NCBI GenBank assembly: GCA_001643675.2
Contig: LSRY02000002.1
Location: forward strand, 930,001 to 994,000
Direction: 5' to 3'
Length of the DNA stretch: 64,000 nucleotides
Source: Monocercomonoides exilis PA203
Lineage: Eukaryota; Protista; Preaxostyla
Below, piece by piece: positions 1 to 11,290 of the stretch. Each line of letters begins with the position of its first letter. Position 1 is the stretch's first letter. The notes below the pieces were generated by a model. It was not told the origin of the DNA. It saw only the letters and a program-made list of their open reading frames with translations, and did no database searches. The translations under genes and the position numbers were made by a program.

Positions 1-2528
1 GGTTCTATGCTTGTGGCTGAAGCCATTCAAAGGCATTTGCTTGGACGAAATTTTAGCTTCAATCCAAATTTTTTTCCTTTTTGTCCAAGATGCGTTTGGC
101 TAGCTTCTCTTTTTTCTGATGAAATGAAGCCTGGCACTCGCTATCAGCATCCTTTTTCAATTCAACATTTAATGGAACTCGGAGAAAATTACGGAAAAGC
201 TCAGGGACAGTGGTTTGCACCCGGAACTATTGCAAATGTCTACAAGAGTATTATTACAAGACATGTAGGTCCTCAACTAGGAATGGCAGTATACATTCCT
301 CCTGCAGGATTCAATACAATTTACATTGTTTGCTTTTTCAATTTTTTTGCAAGTCTTCTAAATTTATTTGTTTTCCCTTTGTACAGTCCGATGTCTTAAG
401 GCTCCTTCATTCTCCTCTTCAACAGCCTGAAAAGTTTCCAGATAGCCGTTTCACAACTCCTTCCTGCCCTTCTTGCCCAATAATTGGTTGTATGTGTTCG
501 ATTCAAAGCCGTGAGGAAAAACATAGGAAAATGGAAGAAGAAAAGAAAAAGAAGATTCTGCAAAAATTAAGTGAAAAAGAAAAGCAAGAAACAAATAAAA
601 AAGAAAGTGAGCCATCATCGTCAGATCCATCAGATTCCAGAATCGACTGCCAAAAATTAAAATTTCCAGAGCTTTCGCCTTCACAGGCAGCTTCTAACAC
701 AACGACCCCATCTTCCGTTACGTTATCTCCACGACCCTCTGAACAAGAAGGATCCAAAGAAGTGAATGAAAAACAAGAAACAAAACAAGAAACTGAAATT
801 TCTGATTCATCAAAAACTGAAATGGAAAATGAAATAAAAAATGAAAATACAACAGAAAGTGACGTTTCTTCAGAATTATCTTCTCCACAGCAGAGCCCAA
901 GCCAGCAGCAGTCTCCTTCTTCGACTCCCACTTCTTTCATTTCTTCGCATTCTGCTTCTTCAGAAAAGCTATCTTCATCAGCGCCATATTCCTTCGGCTC
1001 CGTCTCCCGCTCTTCTTCTCTCCCCACATCCTCCGGTCCCATGGCAGCATCAGCATCAGTATCATCAGCAGCATCAACAACAGAGTCACCTTCACGCGCA
1101 GTCCTTATCCTCTTCCCAACTCGCCTCGGCCTCACAAAGATTCCTTTGCATTACACACGGATCTTGTCAGCGCTGTTCCAACTCCCGTCGTTCTGTGGCA
1201 TTGCTGGTGGACATCCTTCGTCAGCTCACTTCTTCTTTGGGTGTGTGTGTGAGAAGGAGAAAGACGACAAGAGAGAGAGGCAGAGGAAAAGAGGAACGGA
1301 AAGCGTGCTCTATCTTGACCCCCACGTCACCAGAGAAGCAGAGGAGGTGAAGATGATTCGGGTGGAACACGATGAATTTTGGGAGAAAGAGAGAGAGAAA
1401 GAGAACAAAATCAAGAATTTTGATGCTGTTTCTCCGATAATCACTTCAGCTCCTTCTCCTTCTTCTCCTTCTTCTCTCTCTTCAACTTCTCCATCATCAG
1501 CTTCCCTTCCAACCTCACCATTATCAAAGTCAATGTCACCATCATCACCATCTGATCCATCATGCAATTCATCTTCACCAAACTCACCATCAGCAAACAT
1601 TCAGTCAACTTCTTCTTCTTCCACTTCTTCCACTTCTTCGACAGCATCATCACCTTCTTCAGGGAATACTGCGTATCCTCACTCATCGTCTAAATGCTTA
1701 GCTGCCAATTCCTTCCATCCACCGTCTCCCTCAGCCATCCACTCGATGCCTATCAAAGCGATGGATCCGTCGATGTGCCTGGGCTTCCTGATAAAATCGG
1801 ATGAAGAGCTGTTCGAGCTGAAGAAGCAGGTCGAGTTTATCTTCACTGTGCAGTCGGCGATCCGAAAGAAAGAGGCGAGAGAAAGAAGAGAGAAGAGGAG
1901 AATGGCGAAGAAGCTGGAGAGAGAGAAAAGGAGAGAGAAAGAGAAAGAGAAAGGACAAGGGCAAGTGGAGGAGAGCCAAGAAGCAGACGACGAAAGCTTA
2001 GAAAACGATTCGGTCACCGACGAAAGCCTGGACCCAGATGAAGATATTCCGCCTTTCATCTTTTTTGAGGGAAAGGAGTCTGCTGACGACTCGTTTGAGC
2101 AAAGAATCAAAGTGAAAGAAGGGAAAAGGCCAAACAAGAACAAAGTTGGCGGGGCAGATCAAGAGAAGTGCTGTAAGAGGAAGGCTCCTTCGCTGTCTGA
2201 AGGATTATCACAAGATATTCAAGGGCAATTGATCGATTCTGTGCCCAGTGATGAGGAAATGTCTGATGATGGAGATGACAGTCAAAAAAGAAGCAGAGCA
2301 CGGCTTGATGGCAAAAATGCTGAGAATGAAGGAGCAATTCGTTCGGGGGCTGAAGGTGATATGAGCCATGCTTCTGAGCTTGGAGGCGATGATTCGAAAG
2401 ATTCATACCATTTTGAGATAACAGGACAGCCTTCTTCGTTTGCTGCTGCACCGTATTTGGATGGCTGCGAAGACGATGAAGATGATGATGCTGGAGAAGA
2501 TTCGTTCGATATTATTGAACTCACATAA
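1..2528 (+). CDS. ATG4: Autophagy cysteine protease ATG4 (peptidase C54), 5'-partial; join(<1..327,387..2528)
   Basis: Family C54 motifs occur in order: GSMLVAEAIQRHLLGR (just after the catalytic Cys, which lies upstream of the window), HPFSIQHL..GKAQGQWFAP, VLILFPTRLG, GIAGGHPSSAHFFFG, LYLDPH (catalytic Asp/His), SFH and MDPSMCLGF. A phase-0 intron at 328-386 (GTTTGC..TACAG) joins ORF 7..399 to ORF 210..2528 in frame. Confidence 0.92.
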
Positions 2529-3272
2529 TTCTTTTGAGATTTAGATTAATTAAAACACAGTCGAAGACTTATGTATTCTGTTATTTGCATTCAATAACAT
2601 TTTGTTTGGAGGTTCAAAAAAAAAATGTTTTTTTATGTAATTTTTGGTCTTGTTTTTAGCTTTATAGGCAATCTGTCTGGACTGATTTTTTGTTTTATCT
2701 GTTTATTCTATCTTTTCAATTGTTGGGAAATAGAGAGACACTTTTATATGACATAAAAGATTAATGCATTTTTAGACTCTGTGCATTATCGACATTTCGC
2801 TTTATTCCATAACCTTTCAAATATCTCTTTTTCTTTTTGTGTTTATGAATAAATTTTGCAATTTCTTTTGTGTACATTTCGAAAAAAGTTTGTTCATCCT
2901 TTTAGATTTAGTGGAACAATTAAAGAATATCAAAGAAATAAATTCTTTCAAAGATTTGAAGGCGTTTTTCAAAAAGTTTAAAGCTTATCTATGAAAAAGA
3001 GCAAACATTTGCGTTGTTTTGGTTTCGTCAACACTTTTGCTGAAGTCTATTTTCATTTCTCACTCTCATCCTCTCTCTCGCTTGCTCATTCTCCCTCTCT
3101 ATCTCTCTCTTTTTTCAGTTTTTCTTTTTTTCTTTTTTTTTTTTTTTTTTTTTTTTTTGTATCACAAAAGAGGTGAAAATTTTGAAATCGAATTAAAATT
3201 GTGATGAATGAAAATTCATCTATTCAATGCAAAGTGTTAAAGTGCATTATCACAATTGGATATTGACACAAA

Positions 3273-3502
3273 AAGTTGTGCAAAACGTGATGCGATAATA
3301 TCCGATTTGAACTGTTCATTTTTCATTTCGTATGAATGCTTTTGAATCTAATTTTCATTTCAACAAAATGTTGCATTCACAAGAAAAAATTTAAAAATTT
3401 GGTTTCTTGTTGTTTAAATAATGAAATGAAAAAAATTTCATGTTCAAAAGTGTATGCAAAATTAGAGATGATAAATATAAACGCATTAACGTTGTGGAAC
3501 TT
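3273..3502. repeat. Degenerate long inverted repeat (fold-back) between the convergent ATG4 and M16 genes
   Basis: Nested complementary blocks centred near 3390: acaagaaa/tttcttgt, ttttcatttca/tgaaatgaaaa, cttttgaa/ttcaaaag, aacgtgatgcg/cgcattaacgtt, aagtt/aactt. Confidence 0.55.
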
Positions 3503-4050
3503 GAAACTTCATTACAGAATTTGAGAAAATCTTTGTTGCTTTGAAAAAGCAACTTTTTTAAAAAAAAATAAAAAATCTCAAGTTCTCAGTTAGCAACAAG
3601 CAAATACAATATTGTATATCGGTAATAATAAGCGCCAAACAAGTTAAAAATGCTTACATAAGTGCTGCAATCTGTTACGTATCTTTCAGAGATTGATAAA
3701 TAAAAACAAAAAAAGTGCCAATATAGAAAAATTCCAATAAAAACGTTGATTCTTTCAAAATAACCAGTGAATGATTATAACCTTTTTTAATAATTAACAT
3801 TTATAAACAAAACAAGGAAACAAATGAGTACAACTCGATCAATTCAACTGAATAAAAACATTCATTCTTTTATTCAAATATTGAATATTGAATCATAAAT
3901 AACTTCCCTTTCCTTTCCACAGAAAATATGAAAGAAAAAATAATTCTTTCAAAAAGTACCATTCAAATGAAGCAAATTCGAAATCATTTTATAAATTCAT
4001 TAAAAAAAAAAGAAAGAAAGAAAGCTTTTTTTTGAAAATCCAAATTCTTC

Positions 4051-7000
4051 TTACCAGTAATTGCTATTCTGTGTACACTCGCAACTGTTGAAAAACTGTT
4101 TTTCATCATCAATAAATATAACTGGGAGTGGCAAGCCAGGAAAGCGCACATTCAGTGTTTCTTGAGGCGTTAACGCAAGCAACTGATTTGGAGATGCAGA
4201 AGAAGGAGAGGAAACAGGCGATGCGGTTGCATTACCTTCTGCATTCGTTGACTCTGTTTGCTCCAACTTGACTTCGCGTGGGAGCTGCTTCATAAGAGAA
4301 GCAAACCTGCTTGCAAAGACACGAGCATAAATCCGCCTTCCTTTCGAATATGATCCATAATTTGCAAAGGCTCTTTTTTCTTCTTCATCAGACTCGCAAA
4401 TGTCTGCTGCTTCTATTGCTGCTTTTTCCACCTCCTTTTCATCCTTTCCTTCTGTTTCCGCTGAAACACTTTGATTTTCTGATTTCACACCAGCTACATC
4501 CTCAGGAGCATCTTTTGTCGCATCCTCTTTAATGCCAGCTTTTTCCGTGAATTTCTTAATTCTTTTTGCTTTGATCTTTCTTTTCCATTCATCCATCTCT
4601 CTTCTGTTCATATCTCCTTTCCACATCTTTGTGACACGCCACGCCATCTCCTGCATGTTCATCGATTCGGCACATACTATTTTATATTGAGCGTTCGGAG
4701 AATAAGCAGACCCAGATGAAACCATCCGCATGCTATATCTCATTTCTTGAGCTGATGAGTGGAACGACTGCTTCAAAGTCGAAAGATAGCTTTTCTTTGC
4801 AGTTGCAAACTCTTCTGGCGAAACAGTAAATAATTCCAACTGGTAGATAAGGAAAAAAAAAAAAGAAGAAGAAGAAATCAAAAAGAAGAATGTGCCCAAA
4901 CAAGCAATCAATTCAGAAATTTAATTGAAAAAAATAAGAACCAAATTGAATGATAATCCAAGAAGTAAATGAGCAAACAATAACATCTTCCAAATGAGCA
5001 TCTAATCTGCTATGCATGTGAAGAGGGTCATAAGCATCGCCCACCACATATGCATAGAAATACAACACCCCTCCTGAATCTCTCGATAAATTGAAATCGA
5101 CAATATATCCCAGCTGCTCTTTTGTCCTTAAGCGATCAAACAACGCCGATTCCAAAAAGATGAAAAAGAGCTCCACCGCAATCAAATCTCTGATGTTAAA
5201 CTGTTGCGACAACTGAATGTACACCATCACTGAAGAGTTCCTCATCGAAGGAAGCGGATGCACACGGTCGATGATGAACACATGGCCATCAGGGAGCAAA
5301 GCACTGACAGGGCATGGAATGTGGCTGACAGACAAAGGAGGAGGAAAAGGAACATGAGACAGCGGAGTTTTTATTAGACCATTGGCTGTTGTTGAATTCT
5401 TTGGTAACTCCTCAATTGACGATGATTGACTGACATAAAATGCACCTCCGTTCGTTGGACTGCTGATGGAATTGTGAGAATTTTCCAACATCAATTGCGA
5501 TGGCTCGATGTGTGGTTCAGAAACAACATCCCCACCCACTTTTTTCAGGAGGTCATTTCTGTACAAAAGCGGATTTGCCAACTGCGCCAAATGGACTGCA
5601 TTGTGCTCTGTTATGTTCCCGAGCACTATGCATTCAACGGTGAGTTCTTGCCACAGCCTAGTTTCCCACTCGCAGAAGTCCTCAAATGTAAGCTCTTGGA
5701 CGACCTGTAAATCGTGTGATGCAGAGAAGGAGTCCGGATACAAGCACATACTAACTAAATCTTTGCCGATGCGTTCAGGACTTTTGATGATGTCTGATTG
5801 AAGAATCTTTTGATACTCATCTTTGACAATGTTAAACCTGTTACCATTTAAAAAAAAAACATTATCCAAAAAAATATATATAATTATCAAAAGTTAAAAA
5901 TGAAATTGCATTCATAACAAATTGCAAAAATAAATAAATAAATAAATTTATAAAAACGAGAAAAAGACAGAGAAACACATACAATTTCAGAGACGGCTTG
6001 TGGTTAAAGAGATGTCTGAATGCAAGACGTACATATTCATCAATCCTTTGCGAATTACCCAAAACAACCAGATCGAGTCCATTTTTTGAGCTTGAGAGGT
6101 TGGCACACATCTCCGCATCCTCCAGCTCGTAGCTCTGCTCGTTCATTACTTTGCTCACCAGCGAAGTCAGAAGCGCACTGCACCAGCTTCTTTTCGTACC
6201 TCGACGAAGACTCACGGGAATGCAAAATTCGAACTTCGCCCCTATTCGCAGCACACGGTGCAGCGCACACGGCTTGTGCCACACTTTCAGCGAAGGAGTG
6301 TCGTAGATGCATACCGGAAGGCTCAAAGAAAGGCATTTTCTCGGGGGATATCCTGCAAAGGGAGACATCTGGTCAAAACGATTCCCCTTTTCAGTGATGG
6401 GTTCAGCAGCACTTGTTTGATTCACTTCGATTGATTCGCTTTCTGTTGGGGTTGTTGTATTTGCTATCTTCTCTTTCTCATCCTTCTCTTTGGATTGAGA
6501 CTCACTTTCCTCCTCTTCTTTCTTTTTTTCAATAGCCTTTTTATTCTTGTCTTCAACAACAACGACATTATCATCGCTCTCTTCTTTTTCTTTTTCTTTT
6601 TCTTTGTCTTTGTCTTTTTCTTTTTCCTCTTCTTTGTCTTCGTCCAGCACCAGCCACAGCTCCTCGTCTGTGCTTCTGTGCACCTTCACCGAATCCAATA
6701 TGATGGTGCAGTTATCGAAATGCGCTTTGGTCAGTGCGAATTTCCTTGGAAGCGTCCATTCTGCGTTCGATCGCCCTTTTCGCCTCATCTCTGCAAGCAC
6801 TTCGTCTGCTGTCTTCACAGAAAATCTGATGCGCTTTTGAAGTGGATGGAAATGGCTGCATAGATTTTGTAGAGAAATGGCAGTTGAAGAAGCTGAAGAA
6901 GCAGAAGCAGCAGCAGCAGAAGAAGAAGAAGAAGAATTTGGTGATGTGCTATTTTGTGGTAATGTTAAAATGTTTGTTTCTACTGCACCAGCTTTGTGTG

Positions 7001-9298
7001 CTTCTGTCCAGTTTGGAAAAGGAATGAGAGAAAAATCATGAGACAAATATCTGTTTGGTTTAATGAAGGAAAAAGGATATTGCTCAGATGAAGTGGAAGA
7101 AGAAGAGGAGGAAGGAGAAGAAGAAGCAAGCGTATCAGATTGATGTGCAGCTTTCTGCTTCTCCTCCCTTTTCTTCCTCGTGTCTGCTTCAAAGGGGATT
7201 TCGAAGTGGATGGTGTGATAATACTTCTCAAACTTCAGCAGCGGTGGAATAACTTCACAGAAATCGGGCAAAGAAAGCAGCGACACAAACGCTGGTGTGA
7301 TGTATGTTCTGATGTCTTCAGGTAATGAATTCAGAAGTTGTTTTTCAGAGTCAGTATATGCAGTAATGACAGAAGAAGAAGAAGATGATGATGATGATGA
7401 CGAAGATGAATCATCAGTTTCGGTTTCAGTTTCAGTTGAAGCAGTTTCTTTCAATTGCTCTTTTTGATCCTTCTCCTGTTTGATATCTACAGAAATTTCT
7501 TTCTCTTCTTTCACTTCACAAGCCTTTGCCTTTTCACCCTTTGATTTATTAGGCGTAATTTCTATTCCTTTCTCCTTCCTGTCCTTCAACCATTGCCCCA
7601 GCACCTCATCCTTCATCAGCAGCAACGCAATGGAATTCTCTTCGTTGAGCAGCTGGAGCATCTCTCTCACACAGCTCTCGTCAAACACAGGCATCGCTGC
7701 ATTCTCAAGCAGCAGAAGCTCCGGCGGCATGTCAACCAGCGCAGAGCTCAGCGATTCGGCCTCAGAGAGCGGCGATGACGACAACGTCATTGCAACCTCT
7801 GCATACATCGAGTCGCGGTAGTCTGTATGCACATGCAGCGGGAACGGGGAAGGCGTCTCCCGCAGCATCTCCACGTAGTCCAGGCACAGCCCGTACACCT
7901 CCTCGGCGTGGGCAGCTCCTTCCTTCGTCAGCGTGATGAAGAAGCCGCAGATGTCGATGTCGGGGCTGCAGTCGAGCAGTGAGAAGTCGAGTGAAATGAC
8001 CCACCCGCGCCGCAGCAGAAGCGCAGCCAGCGAGCCTTCGCTCTCGCTCCGCAGGAGTGACTCCAGACAGCGGATGGTTGTGTTCAGCTTCTGCAGATGC
8101 TCAACTGGCGGAAGTGCAAAAAGGATTCGAAACTGAATGCTCTCTTTGTCTGTGAGAAGAATGTGAAGACAATGCGAACGGAGCACAGCAGCGGGAAAAG
8201 CACGCTGCGGTGAAAGAGGAAGCGATGGAAGATGAATTTTTTTTATTCCACTTTCATCGATTTCTTCGACTGTTGAAGAGGAAGCTGAATGTGGATACAG
8301 AAGAAGTACTCCACTCTCGCTCAATTCTCCGAGAGATTCGTATTTTTTGCGCAACACTTTTAATCTCTCTTTTTTCTCTTCTTCTTTTGCTTTGCTATTG
8401 TATGCATCTGACAGCTCGATGCATGCATCATGCAGCACCTTATCGAAGACTTCCATTGGCTCTCGAATCTCCGCTGGGCAAAAGCGTTCGCTCAATGTCT
8501 GCGGATCTCCACTGCGAATTTTGGAAAAATACTTTCTGCACATCATCTCCAGCGAGTCCAGAGGCTCTTAAAGCGATAATAATTCATCAATCAATACAAA
8601 AGAACAGTGAAAATCGCAAAACATTTTAAAGAAATTTTAAAAAACTTTTTGGTGATACCTTTATCAACAAGTGCCAAATACATATTTTCCCCAACAAATT
8701 GTTGATTGAATAACGAGATTAAGGCTTCACGAGTCTGCATTATAGATGTTCCATCTGGAATCAGCGTTATTTTATTTCCAGCTTTGAATCTATGCAGATA
8801 GTGATCGTCCTTTGCAAAAGATTTCAAAACTTCCAACATTTTCCTGTTTGAACTGTTCATGTTTGTCTGATGCTCAGAGTCAACTGAACTCAATTCCCTT
8901 TCTGCACAGCTCTCATTGAACAAAGGTGAAATGAAAAATTGAGAAAATCTGTCGAGCGCATCTTCGAAATAGTTTGAGTTGATGCTGAAGTAAAATTCTG
9001 TTTCAAGTGGTCCGGTTGATGCATTATAATTCCCAAAATGCGCAGATAAAAAAGAAGAGAATTCATCTTCTTGCGGGTACTTTTCAGTGCCCAAAAACAG
9101 CATGTGCTCAAGATAATGACTAAGCCCCATCAATTCACGAGGATCATTAATCGATCCTGTTGAAATAGTTAGATGGCATGCAGAAGTGTCAGTTTCTTTC
9201 CAAGAAACAATAATGATTTTCAATCCATTTTCAAGTCCAATCAATCTGTACTTTTTGGGGTCATTAAAAGGTATAATAATTTTTTTTTCACAAAACAT
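4051..9298 (-). CDS. Insulin-degrading-enzyme/pitrilysin-like zinc metallopeptidase (M16A), ~1623 aa; complement(join(4051..4839,4979..5837,5983..8566,8659..9298))
   Basis: N-terminal DPKKYRLIGLENGL, inverted zinc motif GLSHYLEHMLFLGTEKYP, NAST, DALDRFSQFFISPLF, RELSSVDSEH and C-terminal FDRLRTKEQLGY. Three GT-AG introns (8567-8658, 5838-5982, 4840-4978) join four ORFs in frame (4872 nt total). Confidence 0.92.
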
Positions 9299-9985
9299 TT
9301 TGCGTCTGTATTGTCAACTTATTTATGAAAAAAAAGGAAAATATAATTTAAAAAAATTATGTGACACTTGTATTCTGTTGTTAACAATTTCAAATAATTT
9401 GCTTTTTCTTTCTTTCTTTTCTCTTTTCTCTTCACTTAACTTCACTTTTCTTTTGATTTCTAAACAGGACAAAATTTTTTGGTTATGCAATTTTTTTCTA
9501 CCCAATATTTTCGAATATATTTCTTAATTCAATAATTTTAATTTTTATTATTTTGGTTCAAATTCTTTCAAAAATAAGAGAATTCAAGTTATTTCCAAAA
9601 GCTCTATAAATAAAAAAAAATAAAAAAAAAATAAAAATAAAAATAAAAAATAAAAAAAAAACTTTGAAAGAGGAGACACAAAACACTGAGAAATTTGTGA
9701 CATAAACTTGACAAATAATTTTTTTAATAATTGTCTGACTCATATTCCTTTCAAAAAAACATTTTTCTAAAATGAGAGAACGCCCATAATAAATTATTGA
9801 ATAATAATGAAATGATCATTTTATGATTCTGCCTCATATACACTTTATATATTAGTTTTGAATATGATTAAATATTTAAGTTGTTTGCTTATTGTTTTAC
9901 TTTTATTATTTTCCCTCATACTCATATTTTCGTTAACAAAAATGAAACTTTGCAAATATCTTTTTTACCTGTTTTGATGAATTGT

Positions 9986-11235
9986 ATGAAGGCTAAAAAA
10001 AGGAGAAACAATTACAAACTTCAAGACTTATCAATGAAAAAGTCTAAAAGCAAGAGAATGAAATGCGTTTGGAGAATAGTTAAATACGAAGAATTAGAGG
10101 AAAAGAAAGAGAGTGTGTGAAGTCTAAATTCTTTCATGTTCCATTCATTCCTATTTTTTAATGTCCCGAAGTTCCTATTTTGAAAAGAGGAACTCCAGAA
10201 CGTGAAGAGAAAACCGAAATCTTAAGTATTTGAATTCTACATTTCAATATGAATTCTATGAATTTAATTTTTTCGCAGTCACATATTATCGCATGTGATT
10301 TTTGAGCTGAAAGATTAATCTTTTAGAGATTTAATCAATATTGAAAAAATAAAAGCAAAACATCTACTTCAAATAGGACTCCAGACGAAATGTGGTTCAC
10401 ACAATTCACAAAACACGCATTATTTTTTGAGATTATTACGAACCGCATCAGATAAAACTTCATCAGAAAACATGAATAACATTGGTTATGCTTTGCATTT
10501 TGGTTGCATGTTACTCAAACAGAGTGGGATCCTTTCTCATATAAATGGAAAAAAGAACTTTCGTGTACCTTTTCACATTAAAAAAAGTTAGAATTATTTT
10601 CTAAAATAAAAAATAAAATTTAATGATGATGAAGCAAATGGTTATTTTAGCGGAATCAACTTGATTTTTTCAACATTAACAAAAATATGTATGTTTTTTT
10701 TTCTTTCCTTTCAAATAATTTTTAAATTTCTTTCAAATGAATAGAGCAAGAAAGCTCAAGCTAATGAATTAATGAAAAAAGCACAGTTGGTATATTTTCT
10801 TCCTTTAAGAAATCATTGAGTTTTTTTAATTGAAAAAAATAGAGGTCAATGAAGTGGGACGAGCAAACGTGGGCTCATCAATAAATATCCTTATATTTTA
10901 AAGATTTTATTCATCAATATCGCTGTGCCCTTCTTTCAACAGCTGCAGTTATGAAGAGAGTTTCAATTGTATCAAAAGATGAATGTTAGAATATTTTCAA
11001 GGCTCAATTATACTATTTCAATTATTGGCTTTGATTTGCTTTATTTGTTTCATCTGTACGCTCAGAGCTATAAAGCAAAAAGCCATTCCACTGGAGATTC
11101 AACGTATTGAGGCAGTTATTAAATGAAATGGGTTGAATGCGCTTGCGCAGTAGTTTGATGCCAAGGATGAAGAATGCTAAAAGAGGATACAAAAGAAGCG
11201 GAAGCACTCAAGAGAAAAATATTTTCAAATACGAA
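9986..11235 (+). pseudogene. Possible decayed multi-exon gene remnant of unknown identity
   Basis: Coding-like blocks alternate with T-rich intron-like segments (for example GTATGT..GAATAG at 10689-10744). Block 10378-10562 reads TPDEMWFTQFTKHALFFEIITNRIR*NFIRKHE*HWLCFAFWLHVTQTEWDPFSYKWKKEL with two in-frame TAA. No stop-free spliced model could be built by eye. Confidence 0.35.
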
Positions 11236-11290
11236 TTCTGATAATTTGTTCCAGGTGTCATTTTTCAAAGGATAATTTTAATTGATAAAT

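Noticed and set aside
2991-3204. Poly-Phe ORFs (also at ~26966-27193)
   Set aside because: Translations of intergenic or intronic poly-T tracts.
10378-10562. In-frame TAA codons as evidence for TAR=Gln reassignment, known in some oxymonads
   Set aside because: TAA and TAG end intact genes at expected positions (TECR, ATG4, GH25), multi-kb ORFs contain none internally, and the remnant also has TGA stops and frameshifts.
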